64,000 nucleotides of DNA from an uncultured Actinomycetes bacterium (lineage in GTDB: Bacteria; Actinomycetota; Acidimicrobiia; IMCC26256; DASPTH01), in assembly GCA_963775795.1 (NCBI GenBank), contig CAVZKC010000004.1:1683757-1747756 (forward strand). The letters run 5' to 3'. Position numbers and translations under genes: made by a program. Within the stretch, counting starts at the first letter, position 1. Every line of letters begins with the position of its first letter. Positions 9,064 through 19,271 of this stretch are shown here, one piece after another. The notes under the pieces are model-generated. The model was not told where the DNA came from, did not search any database, and saw nothing but the letters and a program-made list of their open reading frames with translations.

Positions 9064-9869
9064 TGGCGCAGGCGCTCGAGTGTCCCGCGTGCGGAGCGCG
9101 CCATCCGCTCGACCGGGTGACCGCGGGCACGTTCCGCTGCGAGCGTTGCGGGCAGAAGCTGAAGTTGCCTACGCCGACGACGCCGAAGGACTCACCGCCG
9201 ACCGATGGTGCGCGTCGGGCCGCCGGCGACGGTGCTCCCGTGCGGCCGCCTCCACGTCGACGCCCGCCGGGGTCGGCACCGCCACGGGAGGGAGTCGGGG
9301 TCAGCGCGACCTTGCCGGCCCGGGGGGTGCCGCCACGCGACGTCGCGCCCACTGCCACCGCGACGGCCGTGCCCGCTGCCGTGGCGAGCGGCGCCACCGC
9401 GGGAGCTGCTACCAAGCGTGCGAGCTCGCCCCCCGACCGACACAGGGTGCGTCCGTACTGGCGCTTGGTCGCCTGGGTGCTTGCGGTCCCGTTGGGGTTC
9501 GTGCTGAGTGTGTGGCCTGCCTACAAGCTGGGCTTCCTCCGGAAGGACGACGTCCTCGACGTGTTCGTAGGGGAGGGCATCAGTCGGTACTTCCGGCTCG
9601 CGGTTGTCACGCTCCTGTGGGCGCTTGTCACCGCGGTGCTCGTGCAGGTGTTCGTGGAAGGCGGGAGGTGGTGGGCGAGCCGACGGGCCGCGCGCGCGTC
9701 TCGCCCCTCGGCCGGGCCCGGGCCCGCGCGTGGCTCCGCGTCGGCGAGCCGACGGGACAACGGGGTCACGAGCGGTGGCTCGGCGGCCGAAGCGACCCCC
9801 GCCCGTCAGGCGCCTCCTCGCCGGAGCGCTCAGGCGGGCAGCGAACGCAGGCCCCCGACCGGCTCGTAG
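9063..9869 (+). CDS. Zinc-ribbon membrane protein (N-terminal CPxCG...CxRCG, Pro-rich linker, 2 TM)
   Basis: ATG overlaps the trpD stop (TGATG); MAQALECPACGARH...CERCGQKL then hydrophobic helices. Confidence 0.55.
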   Translation: MAQALECPACGARHPLDRVTAGTFRCERCGQKLKLPTPTTPKDSPPTDGARRAAGDGAPVRPPPRRRPPGSAPPREGVGVSATLPARGVPPRDVAPTATATAVPAAVASGATAGAATKRASSPPDRHRVRPYWRLVAWVLAVPLGFVLSVWPAYKLGFLRKDDVLDVFVGEGISRYFRLAVVTLLWALVTAVLVQVFVEGGRWWASRRAARASRPSAGPGPARGSASASRRDNGVTSGGSAAEATPARQAPPRRSAQAGSERRPPTGS

Positions 9870-11518
9870 TCACGCAGCATCGGCAGCGCCGACGCGAGCG
9901 TGCCGTCGGCGTCGTCGAGTCGCAACCGCCCGGCGCGCCTCGCGAGCCAGCGGCCGACGACGAGCAGCTCGTCGATCTCGTCGCGGCGCGGCGGCAGCGC
10001 GCCATGTTCGAGGGGGGGTTCGGCCGCGGCGTCACCGTCGAGCGCGAGGCGGCCGTAGTTGATCTCGTAAGTGCGCCCTCCGGTCGACACCTCGACCCGG
10101 GGCACTACCCGGAGCGATTCGACCGTCCGAGTCCGACGGAACGCCCGAACGAGCGCACGGAGTCGGTCGCGTGCGAGCGCTGCTTCCTCGTACCGCTCCG
10201 CCTCGGCGAGCGCGACCATGCGTCCTTCGAGGGGCCGGAGCAGCAGGTCGGGCTCGGCACCGAGACCCCGGGCCACGATGTCGACGATCGCCGCGTAGGT
10301 CCCCTCGTCGGTGTGACCCGAGCACGGGCACGCAGCGACGCCGAGCTGCGCAGGAACGCACGGTGCCGCGCCGTCCGAGCCGATGACTGCTCGACGACCG
10401 ACCCGGCGTGGGCAACGCCGGAGCGGGACCGCCGACTCGATCGCCTCGCGGACCGCGTGCGCGGCGGCCGCCGAGTGGAACGGACCGACGTAGCGACTGC
10501 CCTCGCGCCGCGCCTCTCGGACCACGGCGAGGCGGGGGAACCGCTCGGTCAGCGTGAGCTCGAGGTAGGCGTATGCGCGCCACGCCTTCGCTCGCCGGTT
10601 GAACCGCGGTTGGTGGCGCTGGATGAGCCGTACCTCGCGGACCTCGGCCTCCAACGTGTCGGCACAGACGACGTGGTCGATGCGCTCCGTTTCCCGCAGG
10701 AGCTGGGGAACCTTGCGCCGATCGTCACCACCGAAATAGCTGCGCACGCGGGATCGCAGGTTGGCTGCCTTGCCGACGTAGAGCACCCGGTCGGCACGGT
10801 CCCGGAACAGGTACACGCCCGGCGCGCGGGGCAGGCGGGCGGTGAGCGCGAGCTTCCCGGAGGAGGGATGCATGCGCATGGTCGGCAGGGCGATGAGGTC
10901 GTCGAGACCGAACACCCCGAACGTGCCCGCCCGTTCCAAGAGTGCGTGCAGCACCTCGACCGTCGCCCGGGCGTCGGCGAGGGCACGATGGCACGGTTCG
11001 GTCGTCGCGCGCAGGTGGCGCGCCAGGGTGGCGAGCTTCAGGTTGGGGACTTCGTCGCGGACCAGCCGGCGGGCGAGCGCCACCGTGTCGACCCGGCGGT
11101 GGGAGAGCCGCGGGTGGCCGTGGGCGCGCAGCGCGGCGTCGAGAAAGCCGATGTCGAACCGGACGTTGTGTCCGACGAGAACGGTTCCCGCCTCCGCCGA
11201 TCCGACGAACTCGAGGAACGAGGGGAGCACCTCGGCGATCCGGGGCGCCGGGCCGACGAGCGCATCGGTGATGCCGGTCAGGACGGTGATCATCGGGGGG
11301 ATCGCCACTCCCGGGTTGACGATCGTCTGGAACGTGCCTTCGAGGAGACCCCCGCGGACCTTGACCGCTCCGACCTCAGTGATCGCGTCCGTCGCCGGCG
11401 ACCCACCCGTGGTCTCGAGGTCGACCACCACGAAGGTGACGTCCGACAGCGGGGTGCCGAGGTCGTCGAACGAGGCCTGCTCGATCGTGCGCTGGGCGGC
11501 GCGGCCCGGGGAAGCCAT
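9830..11518 (-). CDS. DEDDh 3'-5' exonuclease (DnaQ/epsilon-like) fused to a GIY-YIG nuclease domain (Rv2191-like)
   Basis: VVDLETTG ... HNVRFD ... HRALADA exonuclease motifs; GVYLFRD...VLYVGKA...R GIY-YIG motif; adjacent to trpD as in mycobacteria. Confidence 0.85.
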   Translation of the reverse strand: MASPGRAAQRTIEQASFDDLGTPLSDVTFVVVDLETTGGSPATDAITEVGAVKVRGGLLEGTFQTIVNPGVAIPPMITVLTGITDALVGPAPRIAEVLPSFLEFVGSAEAGTVLVGHNVRFDIGFLDAALRAHGHPRLSHRRVDTVALARRLVRDEVPNLKLATLARHLRATTEPCHRALADARATVEVLHALLERAGTFGVFGLDDLIALPTMRMHPSSGKLALTARLPRAPGVYLFRDRADRVLYVGKAANLRSRVRSYFGGDDRRKVPQLLRETERIDHVVCADTLEAEVREVRLIQRHQPRFNRRAKAWRAYAYLELTLTERFPRLAVVREARREGSRYVGPFHSAAAAHAVREAIESAVPLRRCPRRVGRRAVIGSDGAAPCVPAQLGVAACPCSGHTDEGTYAAIVDIVARGLGAEPDLLLRPLEGRMVALAEAERYEEAALARDRLRALVRAFRRTRTVESLRVVPRVEVSTGGRTYEINYGRLALDGDAAAEPPLEHGALPPRRDEIDELLVVGRWLARRAGRLRLDDADGTLASALPMLRDYEPVGGLRSLPA

Positions 11519-11582
11519 GCGGGTGACACCCTACACGAACATACGTTCGCCCTGGGCCACGGGCGAACGGTAGAGTGCCGCA

Positions 11583-11798
11583 ATGATCACCCGCTACCGG
11601 TGCACGGCCTGTGGCAACCTCACGCGTTTTGACGTCGTCTCGACGCGCCGGACCCGTGCGTTTCACCACTTCAGCGTGGGAGGGGCGCTCACGGTCGAAG
11701 AGGAGGAAGTGCTCGACGCCAGCGTCGAGGCCGTGTCGTGTCGGTGGTGCGGTGCCTCGGGCTCCAGCATCGAAGAGGTCGTGGTCGAGGACGAGTGA
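11583..11798 (+). CDS. Small zinc-ribbon protein (CxxC x2)
   Basis: CTACG ... CRWCG; acidic tail. Confidence 0.4.
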   Translation: MITRYRCTACGNLTRFDVVSTRRTRAFHHFSVGGALTVEEEEVLDASVEAVSCRWCGASGSSIEEVVVEDE

Positions 11799-11853
11799 GC
11801 GTCACAGGTCGGCGCGATGGTGCCCGGGCGGCGGACCGACGACAGGAGCCCCC

Positions 11854-12051
11854 ATGCCCGAGCCGACCCGGATCGATTGCCAGGAGTGCGTGATGCACCA
11901 CACGTCCGCCTGTGACGACTGTGTGGTGAGCTTCGTGGTCAACCGGTGCCCGGGCGAGGCGATCGTGATCGACGTCGAGGAGGAGCGGGCGGTTCGACTC
12001 CTCGCCGACGCGGGCCTGGTACCGGCCCTTCGTCACCGGCTCGCCCGCTGA
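11854..12051 (+). CDS. Small Cys-rich protein (65 aa)
   Basis: AGGAGC RBS; CQEC...CDDC...C pattern. Confidence 0.4.
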   Translation: MPEPTRIDCQECVMHHTSACDDCVVSFVVNRCPGEAIVIDVEEERAVRLLADAGLVPALRHRLAR

Positions 12052-12133
12052 CCGGGCCCACTCGGTCCCTCGCACTGGCCTCCCGCGGCAGTAGCGTCGC
12101 GCCGCGATCGGGCAGCCAGGAGGAGGAAGCCGA

Positions 12134-12661
12134 GTGGACACGAACGACGCGGTCAACCTGGCGTTGGCGCTGGCGCGGGTCTGGCTCGGAATCATGATCT
12201 TCGCCCACGGATGGCGCCACCTGAAGTCGATCCAGACCGGCCCCGGCATCGCGAATTGGTTCGAGAGCCTGGGCCTCAAGCCCGGCCCGTTCCACGCCTG
12301 GAACGTCACGGTGGTCGAGTTCGTCGTGGGCGTGCTGTTGGTCGTCGGACTGCTCACGCCCCTTGCGTACGCGGGGCTTGCCGCGCTCATGATCGTGGCG
12401 GTCGCGACCGCCCACCGGTCGAACGGCTTCTTCATCAACAACCCCGGTCAAGGGTGGGAATACGTCGTCACGACCGCGGTGGTCGCGATCAGCCTGGGCA
12501 CGCTCGGTCCGGGCCAGTGGTCCCTCGATAACGCCTTCGGTCTGTCGTTCCCGTTCGATCCCGACCAGGCGCTCCCGATCACGGCAATCGTCGGGATCGG
12601 CGGCGCGGCGCTGTTCCTCGCGCTCTTCTGGCGTCCGCCGCGGCCGACTGACGCGGCCTGA
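12134..12661 (+). CDS. DoxX family membrane protein
   Basis: GTG start after AGGAGGAGGAAG; four TM helices typical of DoxX. Confidence 0.75.
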   Translation: MDTNDAVNLALALARVWLGIMIFAHGWRHLKSIQTGPGIANWFESLGLKPGPFHAWNVTVVEFVVGVLLVVGLLTPLAYAGLAALMIVAVATAHRSNGFFINNPGQGWEYVVTTAVVAISLGTLGPGQWSLDNAFGLSFPFDPDQALPITAIVGIGGAALFLALFWRPPRPTDAA

Positions 12662-12684
12662 TCGACCCACACGGGCGGAGTGCC

Positions 12685-13788
12685 GTGGGCCGCGTCGAGC
12701 TGGAGCACGTCAGGAAGGAGTTCGACGGCGTGGTCGCGGTCGACGACCTGTCCCTGGAGATCGCCGACGAGGAGCTCCTCGTGCTGGTGGGCCCGTCGGG
12801 CTGCGGCAAGTCGACGGCGTTGCGCATGATCGCCGGTCTCGATGAGCCCACCGCGGGGGTGATCCGCATCGGGGACCGCGTCGTCAACGATGTCGAGGCG
12901 AAGGACCGCGACGTCGCGATGGTGTTCCAGAGCTACGCGCTCTATCCCCACATGACGGTGCGTCGCAACATCGAGTTTCCGCTTCGCTCGCGGGGTCTGC
13001 CTGCGCCCGAGCGGGCCCGGCTCGTGGCGGAGGCGGCCGAAGCCCTGGCACTGACCGACTTGCTCGAGCGCAAGCCCGCCAAGCTCTCCGGGGGCCAGCG
13101 GCAACGAGTGGCGCTCGCGCGCGCCATCGTGCGCCGCCCGCAGGTGTTCCTGATGGACGAACCGTTGTCGAACCTCGATGCGAAGCTGCGGATGCGGACG
13201 CGCACCGAGCTGGTCGAGCTCCAGCAGCGCCTCGCGGCCACCGTGCTCTACGTCACCCACGACCAGGTGGAGGCGTTGACGATGGGGCACCGGATCGCCG
13301 TGCTCGACGGAGGGGTCCTGCAGCAGGTCGGTGCTCCTGCCGAGGTCTACGACCGGCCGGCGAACTTGTTCGTCGCGCGGTTCATCGGCAGCCCACCGAT
13401 GAACACGTTGCCGGGAGTCATCGGGGTCTCGGGAGCCGACCTCGTGGTCGACGTGGCGGGTACCGCCGTGCTGCTTTCCCCGGCGGCGGGTCGGACGGTC
13501 ACCGCGGCAGGTGTCCGGGAGGTCGTCGTCGGTTTACGCCCCGAAGCGCTGGAGCTCATCGACGCCGTGCACGCGGACGGCGGGACACTCCCTGCCACCG
13601 TGTCGGTCGTCGAGTCACTCGGGCACGAGCGGCTCGTGGTGTGCCGGCTCGCGAACTCCGAGCTCGTCGTCGTGCGCCAGGATCCTCGGTCGCCGGGGCC
13701 CGGCATCGGTTCGGTGGTGCACCTCGTTCCCGATCGGGACGCCGTCCACCTGTTCCACCCCGACTCGGGCGAGCGGCTCCAGCCGTGA
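12685..13788 (+). CDS. Sugar ABC transporter ATP-binding protein (MalK/UgpC/MsiK type)
   Basis: Walker [10 protein letters not shown], signature [14 protein letters not shown], Walker [13 protein letters not shown]-terminal TOBE domain. Confidence 0.9.
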   Translation: MGRVELEHVRKEFDGVVAVDDLSLEIADEELLVLVGPSGCGKSTALRMIAGLDEPTAGVIRIGDRVVNDVEAKDRDVAMVFQSYALYPHMTVRRNIEFPLRSRGLPAPERARLVAEAAEALALTDLLERKPAKLSGGQRQRVALARAIVRRPQVFLMDEPLSNLDAKLRMRTRTELVELQQRLAATVLYVTHDQVEALTMGHRIAVLDGGVLQQVGAPAEVYDRPANLFVARFIGSPPMNTLPGVIGVSGADLVVDVAGTAVLLSPAAGRTVTAAGVREVVVGLRPEALELIDAVHADGGTLPATVSVVESLGHERLVVCRLANSELVVVRQDPRSPGPGIGSVVHLVPDRDAVHLFHPDSGERLQP

Positions 13789-14678
13789 TCACCACCCTGC
13801 GCCGATCGCGTCGTCGGCGCGAGACGGGGCTCGCGCTCCTCCTGCTGGCCCCCTCTCTCGTCGTGTTCGGAGTGTTCCTCTTCTATCCGCTGGTGCACAA
13901 CGTCTACCTCGGGTTCTTTCGGAGCCCGCCGTTCCCCGGCTTGCCCTCGAAGTACGTGGGCTTCGACCAGTACCGCGACGTGCTGACGTCGAGCGACTTC
14001 CTCGACAGCCTCCGGACGACGGTGCTGTTCGCGGTGATGACCGTGCCCGTCGGCATCGCGGCCGGACTGGGGCTGGCGGTGCTCGCGCACAAGCAACTGC
14101 GGGGCATGGGGATCTACCGCACGATCTTCTCGTCGACCGTGGCGACGTCGGTCGCGGTGGCGGCCGTGATCTTCGGGACGCTGATGAGCCCGACGGTGGG
14201 GCTGCTGCCCTGGCTCGGTATCTCGACCGACCCGCCCATCCTGCAGAACCCGACGTGGGCTCTCGTGGCCGTGGCCGTTACCACGGTGTGGCAGACGCTC
14301 GGCCTCACGTTCATCCTCATGGCGGCGGGCATGCAGGCGGTTCCCGACGATCTGTTCGAGGCCGCGAAGGTCGACGGGGCCGGGGCGTGGTCGCGATTCC
14401 GTCACGTCACGCTGCCGATGATGTCACCGACGATCTTCTTCGCCGTGGTCGTCGGCTCGATCCTCGCCTTCCAGTCGTTCGGCCAGATCGATTTGCTGAC
14501 CCAGGGTGGGCCGTTAAAGAAGACGAACGTGCTCACCTACTTCGTGTACACGACGCTGCACAACCAGAGCGACCAGGGCAAGGCCGCGGTGTTGGCGGTC
14601 GCCCTGTTCCTGCTCACGTTGCTCCTCACGCTGTCGCAGGTCCGGATCCTCGAGCGACGGGTGTCGTATGAACGTTGA
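13785..14678 (+). CDS. Carbohydrate ABC transporter permease (UgpA/MalF-like)
   Basis: GTGA overlap with the ATPase stop; six TM helices. Confidence 0.85.
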   Translation: MITTLRRSRRRRETGLALLLLAPSLVVFGVFLFYPLVHNVYLGFFRSPPFPGLPSKYVGFDQYRDVLTSSDFLDSLRTTVLFAVMTVPVGIAAGLGLAVLAHKQLRGMGIYRTIFSSTVATSVAVAAVIFGTLMSPTVGLLPWLGISTDPPILQNPTWALVAVAVTTVWQTLGLTFILMAAGMQAVPDDLFEAAKVDGAGAWSRFRHVTLPMMSPTIFFAVVVGSILAFQSFGQIDLLTQGGPLKKTNVLTYFVYTTLHNQSDQGKAAVLAVALFLLTLLLTLSQVRILERRVSYER

Positions 14679-15549
14679 GCCGGTGGCGTCGGGCGCGGAC
14701 ACGGCCGTCGCGGCACGGGGGGCGCGGCGACGGCGCGCGTGGCGTCGGGTCGGGCGCTACGCGCTGCTGACAGTGCTCGCGGCCGTTGTCTTCTTTCCCA
14801 TTTACGTCACCGTGGTCAGCTCGTTGCTCACCCCGCGCCAGATCGGGAGCCAGCCCCCCACGCTCTTCCCGACCGACCCGCAGTGGAACGCGTACGAAGT
14901 GGCGTGGAACGCCGGACACCTTGCCACCTACCTTCGCAACAGCTTCGTCGTGACTGCGATCATCACCGTCGGCCAAGTGGTCACCGCGGTTCTCGCGGGC
15001 TACGCGTTCGCCTTTCTCGACTTCCCGCTCAAGCGCACGCTGTTCGTCGTCTTCCTTGCGACGCTGATGGTGCCCTTCGAGGTCACGATCGTCACCAACG
15101 TCACGACCGTCAGCGACCTGGGCCTGTACGACACCTACGCCGGCCTCGCGGTGCCGTTCCTCGCGACCGGCTTCGGCGCGTTCCTCGTCCGCCAGGCGTT
15201 CCTCGTCCTCCCGCGCGATCTCCGGGACGCGGCCGCTCTCGACGGTTACGGGCACTGGCGCTTCCTGACGCGGGTCGCGGTGCCGCTCGCCCGTCCGGCG
15301 ATCGCCGCGCTCACCGTGTTCGCCTTCCTGGGCGCGTGGAACCAGTATCTGTGGCCGCTGCTCATCACGAAGGACGAGCGTCTCCGAACCGTGCAGATTG
15401 GCTTGCGCCAGCTCTCGGGGCTCGCGCTGGGCCAGCCGAACGTGGTCTTCGCCGGCGCGGTGATCGCGGTGGTGCCGCTCGCCATCCTGCTCTTGTTCTT
15501 CCAACGGCACCTCGTGCGCGGGCTCACGGCCGGCGCGGTGAAGGGATAG
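14668..15549 (+). CDS. Carbohydrate ABC transporter permease (UgpE/MalG-like)
   Basis: EAA-like loop AAALDGYGHWRFLTRVAVPLARPAI. Confidence 0.85.
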   Translation: MNVEPVASGADTAVAARGARRRRAWRRVGRYALLTVLAAVVFFPIYVTVVSSLLTPRQIGSQPPTLFPTDPQWNAYEVAWNAGHLATYLRNSFVVTAIITVGQVVTAVLAGYAFAFLDFPLKRTLFVVFLATLMVPFEVTIVTNVTTVSDLGLYDTYAGLAVPFLATGFGAFLVRQAFLVLPRDLRDAAALDGYGHWRFLTRVAVPLARPAIAALTVFAFLGAWNQYLWPLLITKDERLRTVQIGLRQLSGLALGQPNVVFAGAVIAVVPLAILLLFFQRHLVRGLTAGAVKG

Positions 15550-15657
15550 GCCGGCGAGGCCCGTACTTTGTCCGGGTGAGGTCCTGGGCGTGCCCGCATG
15601 AGGCATGCTGTCGGCCGTCGGCGACGCGCCGGCACGACGTGCTCCGGAGGGGTCGGC

Positions 15658-17055
15658 ATGCGGGGGTGGAGGATCCTGGCGGGCTCGGCCGCCCTGGCCG
15701 TGACGCTCGCCGCCGGGCCCGGAGTCGGCGTGGGCGCCGGTGCGGCGCCGCGGGCGGCGGCCGGCACGAAGTGCCCGCTCGAGGCGCTCGATCGGGCGTC
15801 GAAGCCGGTCGAGATCACCATGTGGCATTCGATGCCCCGGGCCAACGAGGAGACGCTCCAGCAGCTCGCCGACCAGTTCAACGCCTCGCAGGGTGACGTC
15901 CGGGTGCGGCTCGTGAGCCAGGTCGACTACGCCGAGACGCTGACGAAGTATCGGGCCGGTCTCACCAGCGGCGACCTTCCCGACATCGTCCAGGTGGAGG
16001 AGACGGCGCAGCAGCAACTGATCGACAGCGGAACGGTGCTCCCGGCGAGTGTCTGCGCCAAAGCCGCGCACTACAGCTTCGCCGACTTTCTCCCGCGCGT
16101 CGTGAGCTACTACACGGTCGACGGGCAGCTCTACGCGATGCCGTTCAACGTGTCGGGCCCGGTCTTCTACTACAACCAGCAGGCGTGGCGGGCCGCGGGA
16201 CTTGATCCGGCGCAGCCCCCGACCAACTTGGACGAGGTGCGCGCAGCAGCGGAGAAGATCAAGAGCGCCGGCGCCGTGTCGGGCGCGCCGCTCGGCCTCA
16301 AGACCGAGCCCGGGTTCGTGGAGCACATGCTCGCCCTGGCCAACAAGCTTTTTGTCGACGAAAAGAACGGGCGGGCCGCGCGCGCGAACGAGTCGAAGCT
16401 GGCCAGCAAGACGGGCCGCGAGATCTTCAGGTGGATGGGTGGAATGGTGAAGGACGGCCTCGCGGCCCCGACTCCCGATGCGGGGCCCGACACCTTCTCG
16501 GATCTCGTCGGAATCGGGAACGGGCAGTACGCGATGGCGATCGACACCAGCGCGTCGCTCGGCACCATCCTCGACCTGCTCCCGCAGTACCCCAACGTCA
16601 CGCTCGGCGTGGCGCCGTTCCCGGGCCCACCGGGCAAGGGCGGCGTGGCAGTCAGTGGGGGCGCTCTTTACATGGTGAACCGATCCGCACCCGAGAAGCA
16701 GGCGGCAGCCTGGCGCTTCCTCGAGTTCCTCGACGAGCCCGATCAGCTGACGACGTGGGCGATCGGTACCGGATATCTCCCGATCCGGGAGGCGGCCGCG
16801 TCCAGCACCGAGATGCAGGCGTACTGGAAGCAGAACCCCGAGTTCAAGGTCGCGTACGACCAACTGGTCGACGGGGTCGACTCGCCCGCGACCGCGGGTT
16901 CCCTCATCGGTGACTACCGCAGCGTCCGCGACGCCGTCCGCGACGGATTGAACTCGATGTTCCTCCAGGGGAAGGAACCTTCCGCCGCGGTCCGCGCGAC
17001 CGCACAGGCGATCACCGACGCGATGCAGAGCTACAACGAACGCGTGCCTGACTAG
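15658..17055 (+). CDS. ABC transporter extracellular solute-binding protein (family 1)
   Basis: Signal peptide MRGWRILAGSAALAVTLAAGPG; ~466 aa periplasmic binding-protein fold. Confidence 0.8.
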   Translation: MRGWRILAGSAALAVTLAAGPGVGVGAGAAPRAAAGTKCPLEALDRASKPVEITMWHSMPRANEETLQQLADQFNASQGDVRVRLVSQVDYAETLTKYRAGLTSGDLPDIVQVEETAQQQLIDSGTVLPASVCAKAAHYSFADFLPRVVSYYTVDGQLYAMPFNVSGPVFYYNQQAWRAAGLDPAQPPTNLDEVRAAAEKIKSAGAVSGAPLGLKTEPGFVEHMLALANKLFVDEKNGRAARANESKLASKTGREIFRWMGGMVKDGLAAPTPDAGPDTFSDLVGIGNGQYAMAIDTSASLGTILDLLPQYPNVTLGVAPFPGPPGKGGVAVSGGALYMVNRSAPEKQAAAWRFLEFLDEPDQLTTWAIGTGYLPIREAAASSTEMQAYWKQNPEFKVAYDQLVDGVDSPATAGSLIGDYRSVRDAVRDGLNSMFLQGKEPSAAVRATAQAITDAMQSYNERVPD

Positions 17056-17064
17056 AGCGGTGGG

Positions 17065-18363
17065 TCAGGTGCGCTCGTCGACCGGTACGTAGGGACGCTT
17101 CGTCGGTCCGACGTAGATCTGCCGGGGCCGACCGATCTTCGTCGCCGGGCTCTCCATCATCTCCTTCCAGTGCGCGATCCAGCCGGGCAGCCGGCCCATC
17201 GCGAACAGCACCGTGAACATCTGGGTAGGGAAGCCCATGGCGCGGTAGAGGAGACCCGAGTAGAAGTCGACGTTCGGATACAGCTTGCGCTCGACGAAGT
17301 AGTCGTCGGAAAGTGCAACCTCTTCGAGCTGGAGGGCGAGCTCGAGGAGGTGGTCGCTCGCGGTGACCTCGGGGAGCACGCGGTTGCACGCCTCCTTGAG
17401 GATGCGGGCGCGGGGGTCGTAGTTCTTGTAGACCCGGTGCCCGAATCCCGAGAGCCGGAATGGATCGTCAGGGTCCTTGGCCTTCTTTACATAGCGGGAG
17501 ATGTCGCCGCCGTCGGCGCGGATGTTCTGCAGCATCTCGATCACGGCCTGGTTCGCGCCGCCGTGGAGCGGGCCCCACAAGGCGTTGATGCCGGCGGCGA
17601 TCGCCGCGTAGATGTTCACCTCGCTCGAGCCGACCAACCGCACGGTCGACGTCGAGCAGTTCTGCTCGTGGTCCGCGTGGAGGATCAGCAGCTGCTTCAT
17701 GGCCACGACCTCGGCGTGGCTCACCTCGTAGCGCTCGGACGGGACCGCGAACATCATCGTGAGGAAGTTCTCGATGAGGTCGAGGCTGTTGTCCGGATAG
17801 AGGAAAGGCTGGCCGATCGACTTCTTGTGCGCGTACGCCGCGATCGTCGGGAGCTTCGCCATGAGGCGCAGCACGGAGAGCTGCACCTGCTCGGGGTCGC
17901 GGGGATCGTGACTGCCCTGGTAGAAGGTCGACAAGGCGGTGACCACCGACGACAGGATCGCCATCGGGTGGGCGTCGCGGGGGAACCCGTCGAAGAATCG
18001 CTTCACGTCCTCGTGGAGAAGGGTGTGCTTCCGGATCCCGAGGCGAAACTCGTCGAGCTGGCGGCGATTGGGGAGCTCGCCGTAGATCAGGAGGTACGAG
18101 GTCTCGAGGAACGAGGGGCTCTGGACCGACACGAGCTCCTCGATCGGGATGCCTCGGTAGCGGAGAATGCCTGCTTCGCCGTCGATGAAGGTGATCGCCG
18201 ACTCGCACGATGCGGTGTTCATGAACCCGTTGTCGAGGGTCACGGCGCCGCTCTGCGCCCGCAGCTTCGAGATGTCGATGCCGCGTTCGCCTTCGGTCCC
18301 GACAATGACCGGGAGCTCGAGCTCGCGGTCGCCGGTGCGGAGGATGGCGAGCTGCTCGCTCAT
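17065..18363 (-). CDS. gltA: Citrate synthase (type II)
   Basis: GPLHGGAN, GFGHRVYK and DPRA motifs; 432 aa. Confidence 0.9.
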   Translation of the reverse strand: MSEQLAILRTGDRELELPVIVGTEGERGIDISKLRAQSGAVTLDNGFMNTASCESAITFIDGEAGILRYRGIPIEELVSVQSPSFLETSYLLIYGELPNRRQLDEFRLGIRKHTLLHEDVKRFFDGFPRDAHPMAILSSVVTALSTFYQGSHDPRDPEQVQLSVLRLMAKLPTIAAYAHKKSIGQPFLYPDNSLDLIENFLTMMFAVPSERYEVSHAEVVAMKQLLILHADHEQNCSTSTVRLVGSSEVNIYAAIAAGINALWGPLHGGANQAVIEMLQNIRADGGDISRYVKKAKDPDDPFRLSGFGHRVYKNYDPRARILKEACNRVLPEVTASDHLLELALQLEEVALSDDYFVERKLYPNVDFYSGLLYRAMGFPTQMFTVLFAMGRLPGWIAHWKEMMESPATKIGRPRQIYVGPTKRPYVPVDERT

Positions 18364-18468
18364 TCCTGCTCGCTCGCGGTCGCTTCGATCATGCTGACCT
18401 TCCTGACTGGGATACCGTCTGGATCGTATCCCTCGGTGGTTCGGTGCTGTCAGCCAGGTCGGTGAACA

Positions 18469-19248
18469 TCACGCGACGATCTCGACCGGCGTGCCGAGCG
18501 GCAGCAGCGCCGACAGCATCGCGATCGCGGCGTTGTCCATGCGGATGCAACCGTGCGACGCGTCGTGCCCGAGCACCGAGGCGTCGTTGTTGCCGTGGAT
18601 CCCGATCTCACCGTCTCCACCGTTGAACGTCTCGAGGACGTCCGAATGGCTCGAGAGCCCGTAGGCGAACGGGCCGTACACCTGGTTGGGGTCGGGCGCC
18701 TGGATCAGCACGCGTAGGTAGTACTCGCCCAGCGGGGTTGGCGTCTCGGGGAGTCCCACCGCCACCGCGCCCTGGTACACGACCGCATCCGCATTGGTGA
18801 CCGTGATCTGGTGCGCGCCCCGTTCCACCCGGATGCTGTACGGATTGGGCGCGAGCGAGACCTCAGTCGACCGAACCCAGCCGCTGCTGCCGTTCGGTCG
18901 GAGGGGGAGCAGCACCCGGACCCAACCGTCCGGACGCGTCTCCTTGGCGAGGAAGACCTGAGGCACCGCGGTCGCGGGCTCGGTCGGGTCGACCAACCAG
19001 GGATTCTCGAGCTGCCGGCTGGGTGCCGCCGACGTAGGGTCGTCGTAGATGGACACGACGGGCACCTTGGCCGTCGCCACGAGCGACATGTACGCGGGGA
19101 GCGTGGTGGTGGTAGGAGCGGGCAGCGTCGTGGTGCTCGTTTGCGAGCCCTCGGCTACGGCGTTGTCGCCGCCGCCGCAGCCCGCGGCCCCGACGGCGAT
19201 GACGAGGGCAGCGCACGCCGCGAGGCACGAGCGGGGGATGCGGACCAC
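18469..19248 (-). CDS. L,D-transpeptidase (YkuD domain) lipoprotein
   Basis: Lipobox LVIAVGAAGCGG; catalytic HGCIRM near the C-terminus. Confidence 0.8.
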   Translation of the reverse strand: MVRIPRSCLAACAALVIAVGAAGCGGGDNAVAEGSQTSTTTLPAPTTTTLPAYMSLVATAKVPVVSIYDDPTSAAPSRQLENPWLVDPTEPATAVPQVFLAKETRPDGWVRVLLPLRPNGSSGWVRSTEVSLAPNPYSIRVERGAHQITVTNADAVVYQGAVAVGLPETPTPLGEYYLRVLIQAPDPNQVYGPFAYGLSSHSDVLETFNGGDGEIGIHGNNDASVLGHDASHGCIRMDNAAIAMLSALLPLGTPVEIVA

Positions 19249-19271
19249 GGCGGCGAGACTATCGGCGGAGG

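Noticed and set aside
9032-11632. 866-aa plus-strand ORF and 8028..9869 613-aa ORF
   Set aside because: Antisense to the well-supported DnaQ/GIY-YIG gene or out of frame with trpD; R/G-rich composition. Only the tail of 8028..9869 from the ATG at 9063 is real (zinc-ribbon protein)
14626-16863. 745-aa minus-strand ORF across the ABC permease and binding-protein genes
   Set aside because: Antisense to three genes with clear ABC transporter motifs; R/E/D-rich artefact
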